The notes: generated by a model from the letters alone, not told the origin. 64,000 nt of DNA from Nitrospirota bacterium (GCA_963737155.1 CAVTRN010000002.1:2304001-2368000), one strand, 5' to 3'; counted from the first letter of the stretch, positions 20,400-30,528 are shown. Program-made: numbers and translations.

Positions 20400-20712
20400 G
20401 CAGGATGAAGACTCGGGGAGGTTGTGGAAATCATCACAGTCTCTATCAACGACGGTCCTTACAGGACTCCCCAGGCTGCGCTGAATTGCAGAAGAAGCCA
20501 TCACCCCGTCGACAGCGCAATTCTCCGGGCCACCTGCCAGCAGCAGTCTTGCTGAAAAGGCGCCAGAAGCAATCCCGATCAGCAAACAACGGGACTTGGG
20601 CGAATCAGGGCGGGAATCCCTGACGTTAACCGGCAGCAGCACTGTTCGGCTGCCGTCATAGTTATGAGAAATAAAATACTATGTTTTTAGGAACGGTGGG
20701 CAATATCTTGAC
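20400..20712 (+). ncRNA. Putative omegaRNA scaffold at the IS607 right end plus flanking guide (boundaries approximate)
   Basis: Hairpins TCAGGG-7-CCCTGA (20605-20623) and CGGCAGC-11-GCTGCCG (20631-20655) just before the right end; expected position for TnpB guide RNAs. Confidence 0.5.
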
Positions 20713-20782
20713 AAAAAAATAGCAAAGATCACCAAGAGCAACACCAGATAAACATCCGGGCTTAAATGCTGACGAAATCGGA

Positions 20783-21005
20783 GCAATCAGCATCCTGAAA
20801 AGGTCTCGCCCGGGGCAAATAAATATCTCCCGGAGCGGTGGCCGCTTGGCACAGCCTGCAGTTAACCGGTTTGCCTGGAGGAATACCTGGCCAGCTACAT
20901 AGACCATAAGCGGGAACGCGTCAAACATCTCTGCCACATCTACGAACAGAATCTGCAGCGGCTCCCAGCAGTTGCAAAGCCTGATTCCGGAATCCTCGGC
21001 ATTCA
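20783..21005 (-). pseudogene. Eroded sequence, copy 2 of the degenerate duplication; interrupted downstream by IS607
   Basis: Collinear similarity with 10160-10383. Confidence 0.5.
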
Positions 21006-21018
21006 GGCTGGGGGGATT

Positions 21019-22749
21019 TCATTTGGTCTGGTCTTCTATCTCTTTGGACAAACGCGCAGGATCAAAGGGCTGCAGTGTGGCATTAAAGCTTGCGATACCG
21101 GCAGGCGGCTGAAGGTAACGAATCTCGAATGGAACCTTATCCTCTGGAGGGATGACCGTCCCCTGCCCCTGAAGAACATTTGCTTTCATTTGTTGGACAA
21201 GTGCTCCACGTTTAGCGAGAATGGCGTAATCACTCCTCGAATAAAGCTGTTTTCCGTCCAACAGTTTTATTTTGTTTATCACCATCCCCCTTGCATCGTA
21301 GACGTCTACGACAACCAACCATGCCGACCGTGGCTTGTTTGTTGAATTTTCAACAACCCCTGATATAAGCAGGTCGCCATTCGGCTCCAGAGACCCTGCA
21401 GCATTCGTAATCCGCAGGCCTCCCGTCGAGATCATATGCGCCGCGGCATCGTTAGATGACTGCTCCGGTGACTGCAGGAACACATATGCACCGAAGCCGC
21501 CCAATACCAAAATAATGGCAGCGGCTACCATGACCATTACCCTTTTGCCAGACCGGTGTGATTTGGTCGGTGACGCACCTATTACAGGAGAGAAAGCTGG
21601 TGACGGGTGATGGGAAGATTCTTTTTTTAACGCCTGTGAAGCGGGACCCCCGGCCGGTTTGGACCGATGCACCGCTTGTGGCCCGGTCTGGAAGCGAGGA
21701 ATCTTTTGAACAGATTGTTGCCCGACATTGGAAATTGCAGATGGTTTCGGCTCCGGCCGGGTCTCCGGTGGAGATATTGACGCCGGCATTACTGCAGACC
21801 CTATTTCAGGTTCTGGATTTTGTTTATGATGGGCCGTTCCGGAAGTTTCGCTTGGCGATGCAATGTCCGATTGCAGTTCAGGCACTGCAGTTGGATCTTC
21901 AGACATTTCTGTTTTCAGTTCCTGTTGAGGTTCCTGCGGTTCTTCGGGTTCCGTCTGAGATACCTCTGTTTTTTCGCCCGTAATTGTCACAATAGGTTCC
22001 GGTTCAGCTGCAGTAATCGAATCCTTAACTGTTGTCTCTGTATCCGGTTTCAGCTGAGGTTCAGACTTTTGCTCAGGCGGAGTTTGAACCGCCTCAAGGG
22101 CCTCGCTGACCGCTGCAATCCCCGCTTCTGGCGCAACCATCATTTGCAAAGTTTCTGTTTGCGGTTCCGTTTGAAGTTCAAGCTGCTGCTCAAAAGCAGG
22201 ATGAACATTCTCTCCGACAGCTGAGGCCGGCGTCATGTCCGATTCCGATTCAGATATTTTCCCCTCTTCAGATTGGGCAATATCAGACTTCTGGCTCTCC
22301 GGTTCTATCTGAGGAGGGAATTCAGTCTCACGCTCCGGAATCGGCTTAACCCGAGAAACAGCCTCCTCTAAGGGGGAACGATCTGGCAGGGATGTATCTT
22401 CGTTTTCAAGGCGGAAATAAGACATCGGAGACTTTAAAAAATCATTTACCGTTGTCCCCATGGTTGGTTCAGTGGCCGTTTTCCCCGAGATCGTACTTAT
22501 TGGTGTTGTTGCAGCCTCAGCAGTTTGTGCCACTGTCAGTCCAATTTCAGATGTTGCCTGACGTGGTTTATTTTCGAACAGGTCTAGCGGGGAAACAGCG
22601 GATTTAGATAGAGTATAGGTCGAAAAATCCTCTATAGTGATTCTTACATATACCCCACATCGTGTACAAACAAACTTGACGCCCTTGCCACTGATCTTAT
22701 CATCGGAGACACGAAATAACTTATGACAATTCCCACACCGGACTTCCAT
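21019..22749 (-). CDS. Zinc-ribbon (MJ0042-type) membrane protein with acidic Pro/Glu linker and DUF3426-like C-terminal domain
   Basis: CGNC...CTRC N-terminus, low-complexity linker, one TM segment, LLISGVVENS. Confidence 0.75.
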   Translation of the reverse strand: MEVRCGNCHKLFRVSDDKISGKGVKFVCTRCGVYVRITIEDFSTYTLSKSAVSPLDLFENKPRQATSEIGLTVAQTAEAATTPISTISGKTATEPTMGTTVNDFLKSPMSYFRLENEDTSLPDRSPLEEAVSRVKPIPERETEFPPQIEPESQKSDIAQSEEGKISESESDMTPASAVGENVHPAFEQQLELQTEPQTETLQMMVAPEAGIAAVSEALEAVQTPPEQKSEPQLKPDTETTVKDSITAAEPEPIVTITGEKTEVSQTEPEEPQEPQQELKTEMSEDPTAVPELQSDIASPSETSGTAHHKQNPEPEIGSAVMPASISPPETRPEPKPSAISNVGQQSVQKIPRFQTGPQAVHRSKPAGGPASQALKKESSHHPSPAFSPVIGASPTKSHRSGKRVMVMVAAAIILVLGGFGAYVFLQSPEQSSNDAAAHMISTGGLRITNAAGSLEPNGDLLISGVVENSTNKPRSAWLVVVDVYDARGMVINKIKLLDGKQLYSRSDYAILAKRGALVQQMKANVLQGQGTVIPPEDKVPFEIRYLQPPAGIASFNATLQPFDPARLSKEIEDQTK

Positions 22750-22900
22750 CCTGCGCTGCCTCCTTAAAAATTAACTTTATCGAATTTACGATATTAAGTC
22801 CTGCATCGATCCATAGACGCTTATTGCATAACACCATATCCCGCATCGGATAATGTTTTCTCCCTCGTTGTGCTATTGTAATATATTTTTAAAAAATTAT

Positions 22901-23098
22901 CTACTTCTCTGAAGTGTTTTTTTCATCCTCACTCCCGGTGGGGGAATCCTTCTTCTCCCCTGGAATGCGATATTCGTCGGAAGCCCATTTCCCCAAATCC
23001 ATGAGTTTACAGCGTTCTGAACAGAAAGGACGGAATGGATTATTTTCCCAAGCTACTTTTTCCCCACATAATGGGCAGTTTGTATGTTTTTTTTTCAT
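22901..23098 (-). CDS. yacG: DNA gyrase inhibitor YacG
   Basis: CPLCG...[17 protein letters not shown]. Confidence 0.93.
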   Translation of the reverse strand: MKKKHTNCPLCGEKVAWENNPFRPFCSERCKLMDLGKWASDEYRIPGEKKDSPTGSEDEKNTSEK

Positions 23099-23136
23099 AT
23101 ATTTTGCCTGTCCTCTTGTCTTCGCATTGTCCACTT

Positions 23137-23581
23137 ATTTAAGTACCTAAGCGATTGGGATTTTAACCTTTTCATCAACAAAGACAACGGCACGGCCTGA
23201 CACACTGTCTGCATAAAACGTTGTCCAATGATGCCCTCCGGAAGTTCATTAAGCCGCGTGCTTATGTGCAGCAATTGAAAGCGGTTGCAAGTTCCTTCGG
23301 AATACCATCTGTGATCATGTCAACGATATTAGACTTGAACGATAATTCCGCATCCAGTGATGAATTGGACATCTCCCCATCTTATGCTTCTTTTCACCTT
23401 CTCAGGATAGTCGCAGAACGTCGTCACCCAAAGATTTTTTCCTCGAGCCCCAGCACACACATGATATCAATCATATTGGGCGCGAGTGAGACTATCTTCA
23501 TAGGCGGAGTTGCAGAATCGGCAGCAGAAAGCGAATAATACATGCTTAAGATAGTCAACACTATGATGATATTTATTTCAT
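23137..23581 (-). pseudogene. btuF: BtuF-like cobalamin-binding periplasmic protein pseudogene
   Basis: Manual translation across frameshifts: KIVSLAPNMIDIMCVLGLEEKIFG / TTFCDYPEK / GEMSNSSLDAELSFKSNIVDMITDG; stops and an internal deletion. Confidence 0.75.
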
Positions 23582-23697
23582 GGGCAGCGTAACAGTTTGT
23601 GATTCCCTAGAGCATCCATCGGAGAAAGTTTTTATACTACTCGATTCCAGAGCCAACACCCAGGACTGATCAAATTTCATATTCCAACCTGTTGACC

Positions 23698-23734
23698 AAA
23701 AAAATCCCCAGTCTTCTGAAGAAAGCTGGGGATT
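23698..23734 (-). terminator. Intrinsic terminator (riboswitch expression platform)
   Basis: Minus strand AATCCCCAG...CTGGGGATT followed by a T run. Confidence 0.75.
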
Positions 23735-23784
23735 AATAGATACTATTAACCCACACAGTATCTCAGCGCCGAAGACTGTGCGAG

Positions 23785-23945
23785 AGCATCTAAGCAAGTT
23801 TCTGGTTCTTCTACTCTGCCTTCCCGACCCTTTCGGGCATCTGAGACAGAGTAATCGACCTCGTTTTTCGCAAGGCCGGGATTACAGCGACGGGTCCGCG
23901 CCCGATTCACACGGGATTCCTTTTGCATGGAGTATCACTATTCAA
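23785..23945 (-). promoter_or_regulatory. Cobalamin riboswitch (eroded)
   Basis: Minus strand AAAAGGAATCCCGTGTGAATCGGG...CCCGTCGCTGTAA...GGGAAGGC...AGAACCAGAAACTTGCT follows the order of cobalamin riboswitch elements; upstream of btuF and a terminator. Confidence 0.8.
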
Positions 23946-24000
23946 ATAATGAATTTTATAGCACATGGAAATTGTAAAGTCAAAATGTATTCCTTTCTCT

Positions 24001-24029
24001 TTGATTGTTGCATGCGATTATGGTATAAT
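24001..24029 (+). promoter_or_regulatory. Putative sigma70 promoter of prfB
   Basis: TTGATT-17 nt-TATAAT. Confidence 0.6.
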
Positions 24030-24063
24030 CTGCGGCACTTTCATTAATGTATAGGAGACAGAA

Positions 24064-25171
24064 ATGCTTTTAGAAGATATCAAGCAGCAACTCAACAACA
24101 TCAAAGGCAGGCTGGAAACCCTGCGGAGGCATCTTTGACACTCCCACCAAAGAATCACGCCTGGAAGAACTCACACGCCTTTCGGAAACCGCGGGTTTCT
24201 GGGATAGCAAAGACAAGGCAAATACCATATTAAAAGAAAAGGGGTCCCTCGAACGTTCACTCAGGAATTGGAAAGCACTTGCGACTCGGTTGAGCGACCT
24301 GGAAGCCATGGCGGAGCTTGCCGGGGAGGAAGGCGGGGATTCCCTGCGGGCTGAACTGGAGCAGGAAATCTCGATCATCGATAAAGACATCGCATCCGCA
24401 GAGGTTGCAGCGCTGCTTTCCGGCGAACGTGACGCGTCAAATGCTATCGTATCGATCCACCCGGGTGCGGGGGGGACTGAAGCCCAGGACTGGGCCGAGA
24501 TGCTCATGCGCATGTATCTGCGCTGGGCCGAGAATCGCGGGTACAGCACCGAAATCCTTGACTACCAGGCTGGCGAAGAAGCAGGAGCGAAATCTGTCAC
24601 GTTCACCGTTTCCGGCGATTATGCCTACGGTAGGTTGAAAGCCGAAGCGGGTGTGCACCGCCTCGTGCGTATCTCGCCTTTCGACGCGAACAAGCGCAGG
24701 CATACCTCGTTCGCCTCTGTCTATGTTTACCCCGAAGTCGAAGACGACATCGACATCGTGATTGATGACAAGGAACTTCGTATCGATACCTATCGCTCTT
24801 CGAGCGCAGGTGGACAGCACGTGAATAAAACCGATTCGGCCGTGCGGATCACCCATCTGCCGACCGGCATTGTGGTCCAATGCCAAAATGAGCGATCTCA
24901 GCTCAAAAACAAGAATGTCGCAATGAAGGTTCTGAGGTCGCGACTCTATGAAGTTAGGAAGAAGGAACAAGAAGAAAAACTGGGAAAACTCATGAGTGAG
25001 AAAAAAGACATTGCTTGGGGAAGCCAGATCAGATCATATGTATTCCAGCCTTACCAGTTAGTGAAGGATCACCGAACCGGCGTTGAGGTGGGGCATGTTG
25101 CGTCCGTGATGGATGGAGATCTGGACCAATTCATCGACGCATACTTAATAGCAGGAACCGGCATACGGTAG
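24064..25171 (+). CDS. prfB: Peptide chain release factor 2 with programmed +1 frameshift
   Basis: ATG 24064, internal SD GGAGG then CTT TGA C at 24133-24139; the +1 frame carries SPF and GGQ motifs. Confidence 0.97.
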
Positions 25172-25248
25172 GCGTCACAGTAGGGAAAATCGGCTTCTCT
25201 TCCTCCTGATCTATCGTTTTTCTTCCTGCTTGCTATCTCCTGCTTCAT

Positions 25249-27099
25249 TCACATTCCTGCCATCCGCGGACTCCGTGATTCAATATATTTCTTTACCCCC
25301 TGATACAATGCTTCTGCAATTGCCTGCCGGTAGGAATCTGTCTTGAGCAATTTTTCCTCATCAGGGTTGCTTATAAACCCTACTTCAGCAAGAATACTGG
25401 GAATGTTAGTATTCATTAAAACATAGAAAAAAGCGCTTTTAACCCCATGGTTTACAACGCTGGTTTGTATCGGTCTTACGGAATCAACGAGTGAAGCCTG
25501 CACAACGCCGGCAAGCTGTATTGACTCCTCAATTTTGTTGTCAATCTTCAAATCCTTCAGCATCTTGTCAACATCGGAATCAAGTTCGCCCAAGTTCCTG
25601 GTCGACATTTCATTTTCACGCGCCGCTGTCGCCATGGCTTCCCGATCGGACGCCTTGAGCCCCTGCACATAAGTTTCGATACCCCGTGTATTTCGCTTTC
25701 TGCTTGCATTGGCATGAATGGACACGAATAAATCGGCATTGTGCGACTTGGCGATAAACGGACGCTGGTCCAAGGGGATAAATACATCGTGATCCCGCGT
25801 CATCACCACATTGCATCCAAGGCGATCTCTTACTAGGGCAGCCAACCTCTTCGCAATGTCTAATGTTACATTTTTCTCCTTCAATCCTCTCTTGCCGATA
25901 GCGCCTGGGTCTTTGCCTCCGTGGCCCGCATCAATACAAATCGTCTTCACTTTAAGACCCATCTGCCTTGACAGCGTAAGCCGGTCACCATCAGTGTTTG
26001 CTTCGGCTGGTTCGGGAATCACAGGCGTAATATTCGGAATCTCGGTTTTTCCCGCCGCTTTGGGCTCCTCCTCCGCACTTGGCTTCTGATCGGTTTCGTG
26101 ATTTTCAGCGGTCAGCACCGTCTGCTGCGTATCTGTACCCGAGCTCTCGATGCGACTCTCAGTCTCCTTTTCACCTTCGCCAGTCACATCAACGACAAGA
26201 CGATTGGGATCGCGGAGAGGAAATGCCACATAACTTTTGATGCTGGCGAGGTCCAGCACCACCCGGACGATATCAGGAGCGTACTGGCTTGCGCGCACTT
26301 GTTTGAGAATACCGTCGTTCACCGGCAACGGCTCTTTATTGACTGACTGGTCAAGCCGTGTGTTTAAAAGATCGAATACCAGGCGGTCCGGATGTTTCAA
26401 CTCCTTCGCTTGAAACTGAACTGAGTTGTTCTGTTCAATAACGATACGGGTATAGTCGCCACCAGACCAGTATCGGATGTTTTGCACAACATTGCCCGGA
26501 TTTGTCTTGTCGGGAGCCGCAATCACCGGCACAGGCTCTTTCCGGGGTTCCATCTCCCGTTTGCGTTTCACGCTTTTGCTCATTGGCGGAGAAACGCGAT
26601 CCTTTGCCCTGTTTGTCCAAGAACTATTGGGATAGGCTTTCGACAGCCTACCCAAGGCGTCAGCGGCGCCCGCGCTATCTTTCCGGTAATTGAGCGCTAT
26701 TTCAAAAACATGGTACAACGCCTCGGGAGCTTTGGCATTTTTAGGAAAGGCTGACTGGCACGAGAGAAAAGTTTCAGACGCCTCATCCAAGTCTTTTGAT
26801 CGTTTATTATAACGGTAGAGTGCCTCGTATGCAGCAGCGCGGTCAAAGCACGCTTCGGGGGCGCTTGGGCTCTTAGGATATTTTTTTTCAACCAATTTTA
26901 GCGTCCGGATGCAATCCATCCAGTAGGAACGATACTTTTTCTTTTTTGATTTTTTCAGTTCGGCCAGACGCTGGGCAGCAACATTATACTTGTGCCCAGC
27001 TTCGGTGTTATAAGACGGGTAGGCAGGCGCAGAAAAAGCCAGCAGGAGAGTGCAAGTCATTAAAGCCGCGATAAAGGAACGGCCACGTGTCATCATCAT
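25249..27099 (-). CDS. N-acetylmuramoyl-L-alanine amidase (TPR-like, AMIN and Amidase_3 domains)
   Basis: Signal peptide, AMIN PDRLVFDL and VRVVLDL, catalytic DAGHGG/EK/SIHAN/LAEVGF. Confidence 0.92.
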   Translation of the reverse strand: MMMTRGRSFIAALMTCTLLLAFSAPAYPSYNTEAGHKYNVAAQRLAELKKSKKKKYRSYWMDCIRTLKLVEKKYPKSPSAPEACFDRAAAYEALYRYNKRSKDLDEASETFLSCQSAFPKNAKAPEALYHVFEIALNYRKDSAGAADALGRLSKAYPNSSWTNRAKDRVSPPMSKSVKRKREMEPRKEPVPVIAAPDKTNPGNVVQNIRYWSGGDYTRIVIEQNNSVQFQAKELKHPDRLVFDLLNTRLDQSVNKEPLPVNDGILKQVRASQYAPDIVRVVLDLASIKSYVAFPLRDPNRLVVDVTGEGEKETESRIESSGTDTQQTVLTAENHETDQKPSAEEEPKAAGKTEIPNITPVIPEPAEANTDGDRLTLSRQMGLKVKTICIDAGHGGKDPGAIGKRGLKEKNVTLDIAKRLAALVRDRLGCNVVMTRDHDVFIPLDQRPFIAKSHNADLFVSIHANASRKRNTRGIETYVQGLKASDREAMATAARENEMSTRNLGELDSDVDKMLKDLKIDNKIEESIQLAGVVQASLVDSVRPIQTSVVNHGVKSAFFYVLMNTNIPSILAEVGFISNPDEEKLLKTDSYRQAIAEALYQGVKKYIESRSPRMAGM

Positions 27100-27140
27100 T
27101 TTCTGTTGATTTTTAACCGAATTTGCGAGCATTGTCAACA

Positions 27141-27165
27141 AAAAAAAGCCCCGGAAACCGGGGCC
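27141..27165 (-). terminator. Intrinsic terminator after rplT
   Basis: Minus strand GCCCCGG-TTT-CCGGGGC followed by a T run. Confidence 0.8.
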
Positions 27166-27248
27166 TCCACATTTTTTTTGAATCAATTGAATAGGCAATG
27201 CAGTGAAAGCGGTGTTACCGCCTTACCTTTCATAATCGGGATCGTGGA

Positions 27249-27602
27249 TTACGACGCAGCCTTAGCCGTCTCGACCAGTTTGGTGAAACTGGCCGGGTCG
27301 GTTACGGCGAGTTCCGCAAGGATCTTCCGGTCTATCGCCACTCCAGTTTTCGTGAGACCAGCCATAAACCTGCTATAGGTAACTCCATTCAACCGTGCGG
27401 CAGCATTAATGCGTGCGATCCAGAGTCTACGGAAATCCCGCTTGCGTGCCTTCCGGTCCCGGTAGGCATATTTGAGCGCACGGTCAACCGCCTCAGTAGC
27501 TGATCGGAATAATTTTGATTTTGCTCCCCAGTATCCCTCAGCAAGGTTGAGCACCCGCTTTCGTCTGGCCCTCGTCTTGGGGCCGCCTTTAGCTCTCGGC
27601 AT
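27249..27602 (-). CDS. rplT: 50S ribosomal protein L20
   Basis: MPRAK..., [24 protein letters not shown]. Confidence 0.98.
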   Translation of the reverse strand: MPRAKGGPKTRARRKRVLNLAEGYWGAKSKLFRSATEAVDRALKYAYRDRKARKRDFRRLWIARINAAARLNGVTYSRFMAGLTKTGVAIDRKILAELAVTDPASFTKLVETAKAAS

Positions 27603-27680
27603 TGTTAAAACCTCCTCTGTTCATACATTCCGGTTCACAGTCTACACACTCTGAACTCTTAATGTTATTTTCTGCGTTCA

Positions 27681-27920
27681 TTATCCTATTCCATACGGCA
27701 ACATCTGCTGGAAATTTTCCCGTTCACTCTTGTCGATCTCAAAATCACCGGTGAGTCGTCTTTTACGGGTAGCATTCTTGCCAGACAACAAATGGCGCTT
27801 CCAGCCTTTGCGCCGCATGATCTTTCCCGACCCACTCACCTTGAGCCGTTTGGCGGCACTACGGTTCGTTTTCAGTTTTATCTTTGTCTTTGTCTTTGCC
27901 TTTGTCTTTGTCTTTGCCAT
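27681..27920 (-). CDS. rpmI: 50S ribosomal protein L35 with repetitive N-terminal extension
   Basis: KLKTNRSAAKRLKVSGSGK...HLL; lies between infC and rplT. Confidence 0.95.
   Translation of the reverse strand: MAKTKTKAKTKTKIKLKTNRSAAKRLKVSGSGKIMRRKGWKRHLLSGKNATRKRRLTGDFEIDKSERENFQQMLPYGIG
27882..27917. repeat. Six 6-bp tandem units, (CTTTGT CTTTGT CTTTGC)x2, in the 5' end of rpmI
   Basis: Read directly; encodes AKTKTKAKTKTK. Confidence 0.85.
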
Positions 27921-28029
27921 GATTTCTTCCCTTTCCGAAATCTCTTTTTAAGTCCTCTGTATAGCTATCAGGGAGGCATACCACCTCTTCGGAATTACTC
28001 CGGTAAGCATCGTTGATCGTAAGATCGGG

Positions 28030-28551
28030 TTATGCAGTTTTTGCTTTGGCACCGAGCAGCAGCGTCATGTTCCTGCCTTCCATGCGCGGTGGCTGTTCCA
28101 CGACAGCCTCATTCTGAAGTTCGGTAACGACCTTCTCAAGAAGAGCTCTTCCATGTTCGGTGTGAGCCATTTCGCGTCCGCGGAACATGATAGTCACTTT
28201 GACTTTGTTGCCTTCTTCGAGGAACCTCTTCATGTTGTTCATTTTAAAATTTACATCGTGCTCGTCAGTTCGCGGCCGAAGTTTTATTTCTTTTACAACG
28301 ATGACAGTCTGATGCTTTCTGGATTCTGCAGCTTTTTTGGCAATTTCGTACTTGTATTTCCCGAAATCCATGATCCGGCATACTGGCGGCTTTGCCGTAG
28401 GCGCCACTTCGACCAGGTCCAATCCCGCCTCCTCGGCTTTTTTGATTGCCTCCCGAGTATCGAGTATGCCGAGCTGCCCACCATCCGCATCAATGACCCT
28501 GATTTCCCTAACCTTAATGCCGTAATTGATTCTTGTCGTAATTTTACTGAT
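28030..28551 (-). CDS. infC: Translation initiation factor IF-3 (probable non-canonical ATC start)
   Basis: LDLVEVAP..KPPVCRIMDFGK, KEIKLRP, MFRGRE; no in-frame ATG, ATC about 7 nt after SD GGGGGTG. Confidence 0.95.
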   Translation of the reverse strand: MSKITTRINYGIKVREIRVIDADGGQLGILDTREAIKKAEEAGLDLVEVAPTAKPPVCRIMDFGKYKYEIAKKAAESRKHQTVIVVKEIKLRPRTDEHDVNFKMNNMKRFLEEGNKVKVTIMFRGREMAHTEHGRALLEKVVTELQNEAVVEQPPRMEGRNMTLLLGAKAKTA

Positions 28552-28557
28552 AAACAA

Positions 28558-30498
28558 TCACCCCCTTATTAATTCTGTGGAAATTACTTTACCTTTGATT
28601 TTTTTCCCGACGGCATCGATGAATTCTGTAAGTTTCATGACCCCGTGATCCTTCCCGCCTCGCTCGCGGACAGCCACGGCATCCTGTTGCATTTCCTTAT
28701 CCCCGATAACAAGGATATAAGGCACTTTCTCCATCGCTGCCTCGCGAATTTTGAACCCAATCTTTTCCGACCGGCCGTCGAGATCTGTCCTGATCCCCGC
28801 CGCAAGGAGCTGATCCCGAACACTCTTGGCGTAATCCAACTGCTTGTCCGTGATGCAAATCACCTTTACTTGTAGCGGTGCGAGCCAGACTGGGAACGCC
28901 CCTGCAAAGTGCTCGATCAACATCCCGAAAAAACGTTCGATCGAGCCGAGCAATGCCCGATGAATCATGTATGGGCGGTGCGCCTGATTGTCGACGCCGA
29001 TAAAGGTCATGCCAAACCGCTCCGGCTCGTTGAAGTCAAACTGAACCGTTGAGCACTGCCAGAGACGCCCTAGAGCATCCTTGATCTTGATATCGATCTT
29101 GGGACCGTAGAAGGCGCCGCCGCCTTCATCCATTTCATAACCCAGACTGGCCTTGTCAGCGGCGATTTTAAGAGCCTGCGTAGCCTGCTCCCACATCAAG
29201 TTATCACCCACAGACTTCTCCGGCCGCGTGGCGATGTATGCTTTAAAATCACTGAACCCGAAGGTCCTGAGCATCTTTAAGACGAATTCAAGAACCCGGA
29301 TGACCTCTGTTTCCATATCTTCGGGCGCCACGAAGATATGTGCATCGTCCTGCGTAAAACCACGAACGCGCAACAGTCCGTGCAGCACGCCGGAGCGTTC
29401 GAAGCGGTACACCGTGCCCAACTCCGCATACCGAAGCGGCAATTCACGGTACGAACGAAGCTTGTTCTTATAAATCATGATATGAAACGGGCAATTCATC
29501 GGTTTAACATAATACTCCTGCCCTTCCACATCCATGGAAGAATACATGTTCTCCCTATAGAATCCTAAATGACCCGACGTCTCCCACAGTGTACCCCGAC
29601 CCACATGAGGCGAGTACACGAAATCGTAGCCATTCGTTTGATGCTCGTCACGCCAGAAATCCTCGATGGTCTTGCGGATAATCGCGCCCCGTGGATGCCA
29701 CAGAACCAGACCGCCGCCGATATCATCGGATAGCGAGAAGAGATCGAGATCCTTGCCTAGTTTTCTATGATCGCGGCGCTTGATCTCTTCGAGTCTATCG
29801 ACGTAAGCTTCCAACGCATCCTTGTTCGGGAACGAGATTCCGTAAATACGCTGGAGCATCTTATTCTTCTCACTGCCGCGCCAGTAAGCACCCGCAATCG
29901 AGAGAAGTTTGAAAGCCTTTATCTTCGATGTCCACGATACATGGGGCCCGCGGCAGAGATCCATAAAATCGCCCTGTTTGTAAATCGAGATTGTGCCATC
30001 GGGGAGCTCTCCTATTAGTTCGACTTTGTATATCTCGCCCAGTTTTTCAAACAACGTCAAGGCTTCCGCCTTCGGAAGTACTTTTCTCGTGATCGGCAAC
30101 GCAGCCTTGACAAGTTCCACCATCTTGTTTTCGATCTTAACCAAGTCTTCCGGAGTCAAAGGACGTTCAAGGTCAAAATCGTAATAGAATCCCTCTTCAA
30201 TGGCTGGTCCGATTGCAAGTTTCGCTTTTGGGAATAGCTGTTTCACCGCCTGGGCCATGAGGTGCGAAGTGCTGTGCCAATACACTTCGCGGCCCTCCAA
30301 GGCGTCAAAAGTCACTATCTCAATCGCGGCGTTGCGATCAACGGGGACATTGAGATCCTGAAGATGACCGTCTAACTTTATGGCAAGCGCGTCTTTAGCG
30401 AGGCGAGAGCCGATTTTCTCGGCAACTTCCTGACCGGTGATGCCAGATGGCATACTTTTGTCCCGACCGTCAGGCAGCCTGAGTTGTATTTCACTCAT
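28558..30498 (-). CDS. thrS: Threonine--tRNA ligase
   Basis: TGS domain, HSTSH, DLCRGPH, RDHRKLG, KPMNCP, AFYGPKID. Confidence 0.98.
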   Translation of the reverse strand: MSEIQLRLPDGRDKSMPSGITGQEVAEKIGSRLAKDALAIKLDGHLQDLNVPVDRNAAIEIVTFDALEGREVYWHSTSHLMAQAVKQLFPKAKLAIGPAIEEGFYYDFDLERPLTPEDLVKIENKMVELVKAALPITRKVLPKAEALTLFEKLGEIYKVELIGELPDGTISIYKQGDFMDLCRGPHVSWTSKIKAFKLLSIAGAYWRGSEKNKMLQRIYGISFPNKDALEAYVDRLEEIKRRDHRKLGKDLDLFSLSDDIGGGLVLWHPRGAIIRKTIEDFWRDEHQTNGYDFVYSPHVGRGTLWETSGHLGFYRENMYSSMDVEGQEYYVKPMNCPFHIMIYKNKLRSYRELPLRYAELGTVYRFERSGVLHGLLRVRGFTQDDAHIFVAPEDMETEVIRVLEFVLKMLRTFGFSDFKAYIATRPEKSVGDNLMWEQATQALKIAADKASLGYEMDEGGGAFYGPKIDIKIKDALGRLWQCSTVQFDFNEPERFGMTFIGVDNQAHRPYMIHRALLGSIERFFGMLIEHFAGAFPVWLAPLQVKVICITDKQLDYAKSVRDQLLAAGIRTDLDGRSEKIGFKIREAAMEKVPYILVIGDKEMQQDAVAVRERGGKDHGVMKLTEFIDAVGKKIKGKVISTELIRG

Positions 30499-30528
30499 AA
30501 GATAGATAACATAGGATGTATTAAATCA

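Larger units (their letters stand above)
18323..20696 (+). mobile_element. IS607 family element (serine recombinase plus TnpB-like gene)
   Basis: GG at both inferred ends (18323-24 and 20695-96), AT-rich left end, tnpA-tnpB pair; joining the flanks restores an open minus-strand frame (ILPT-TPEEEREKIMFSKAL). Confidence 0.8.
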
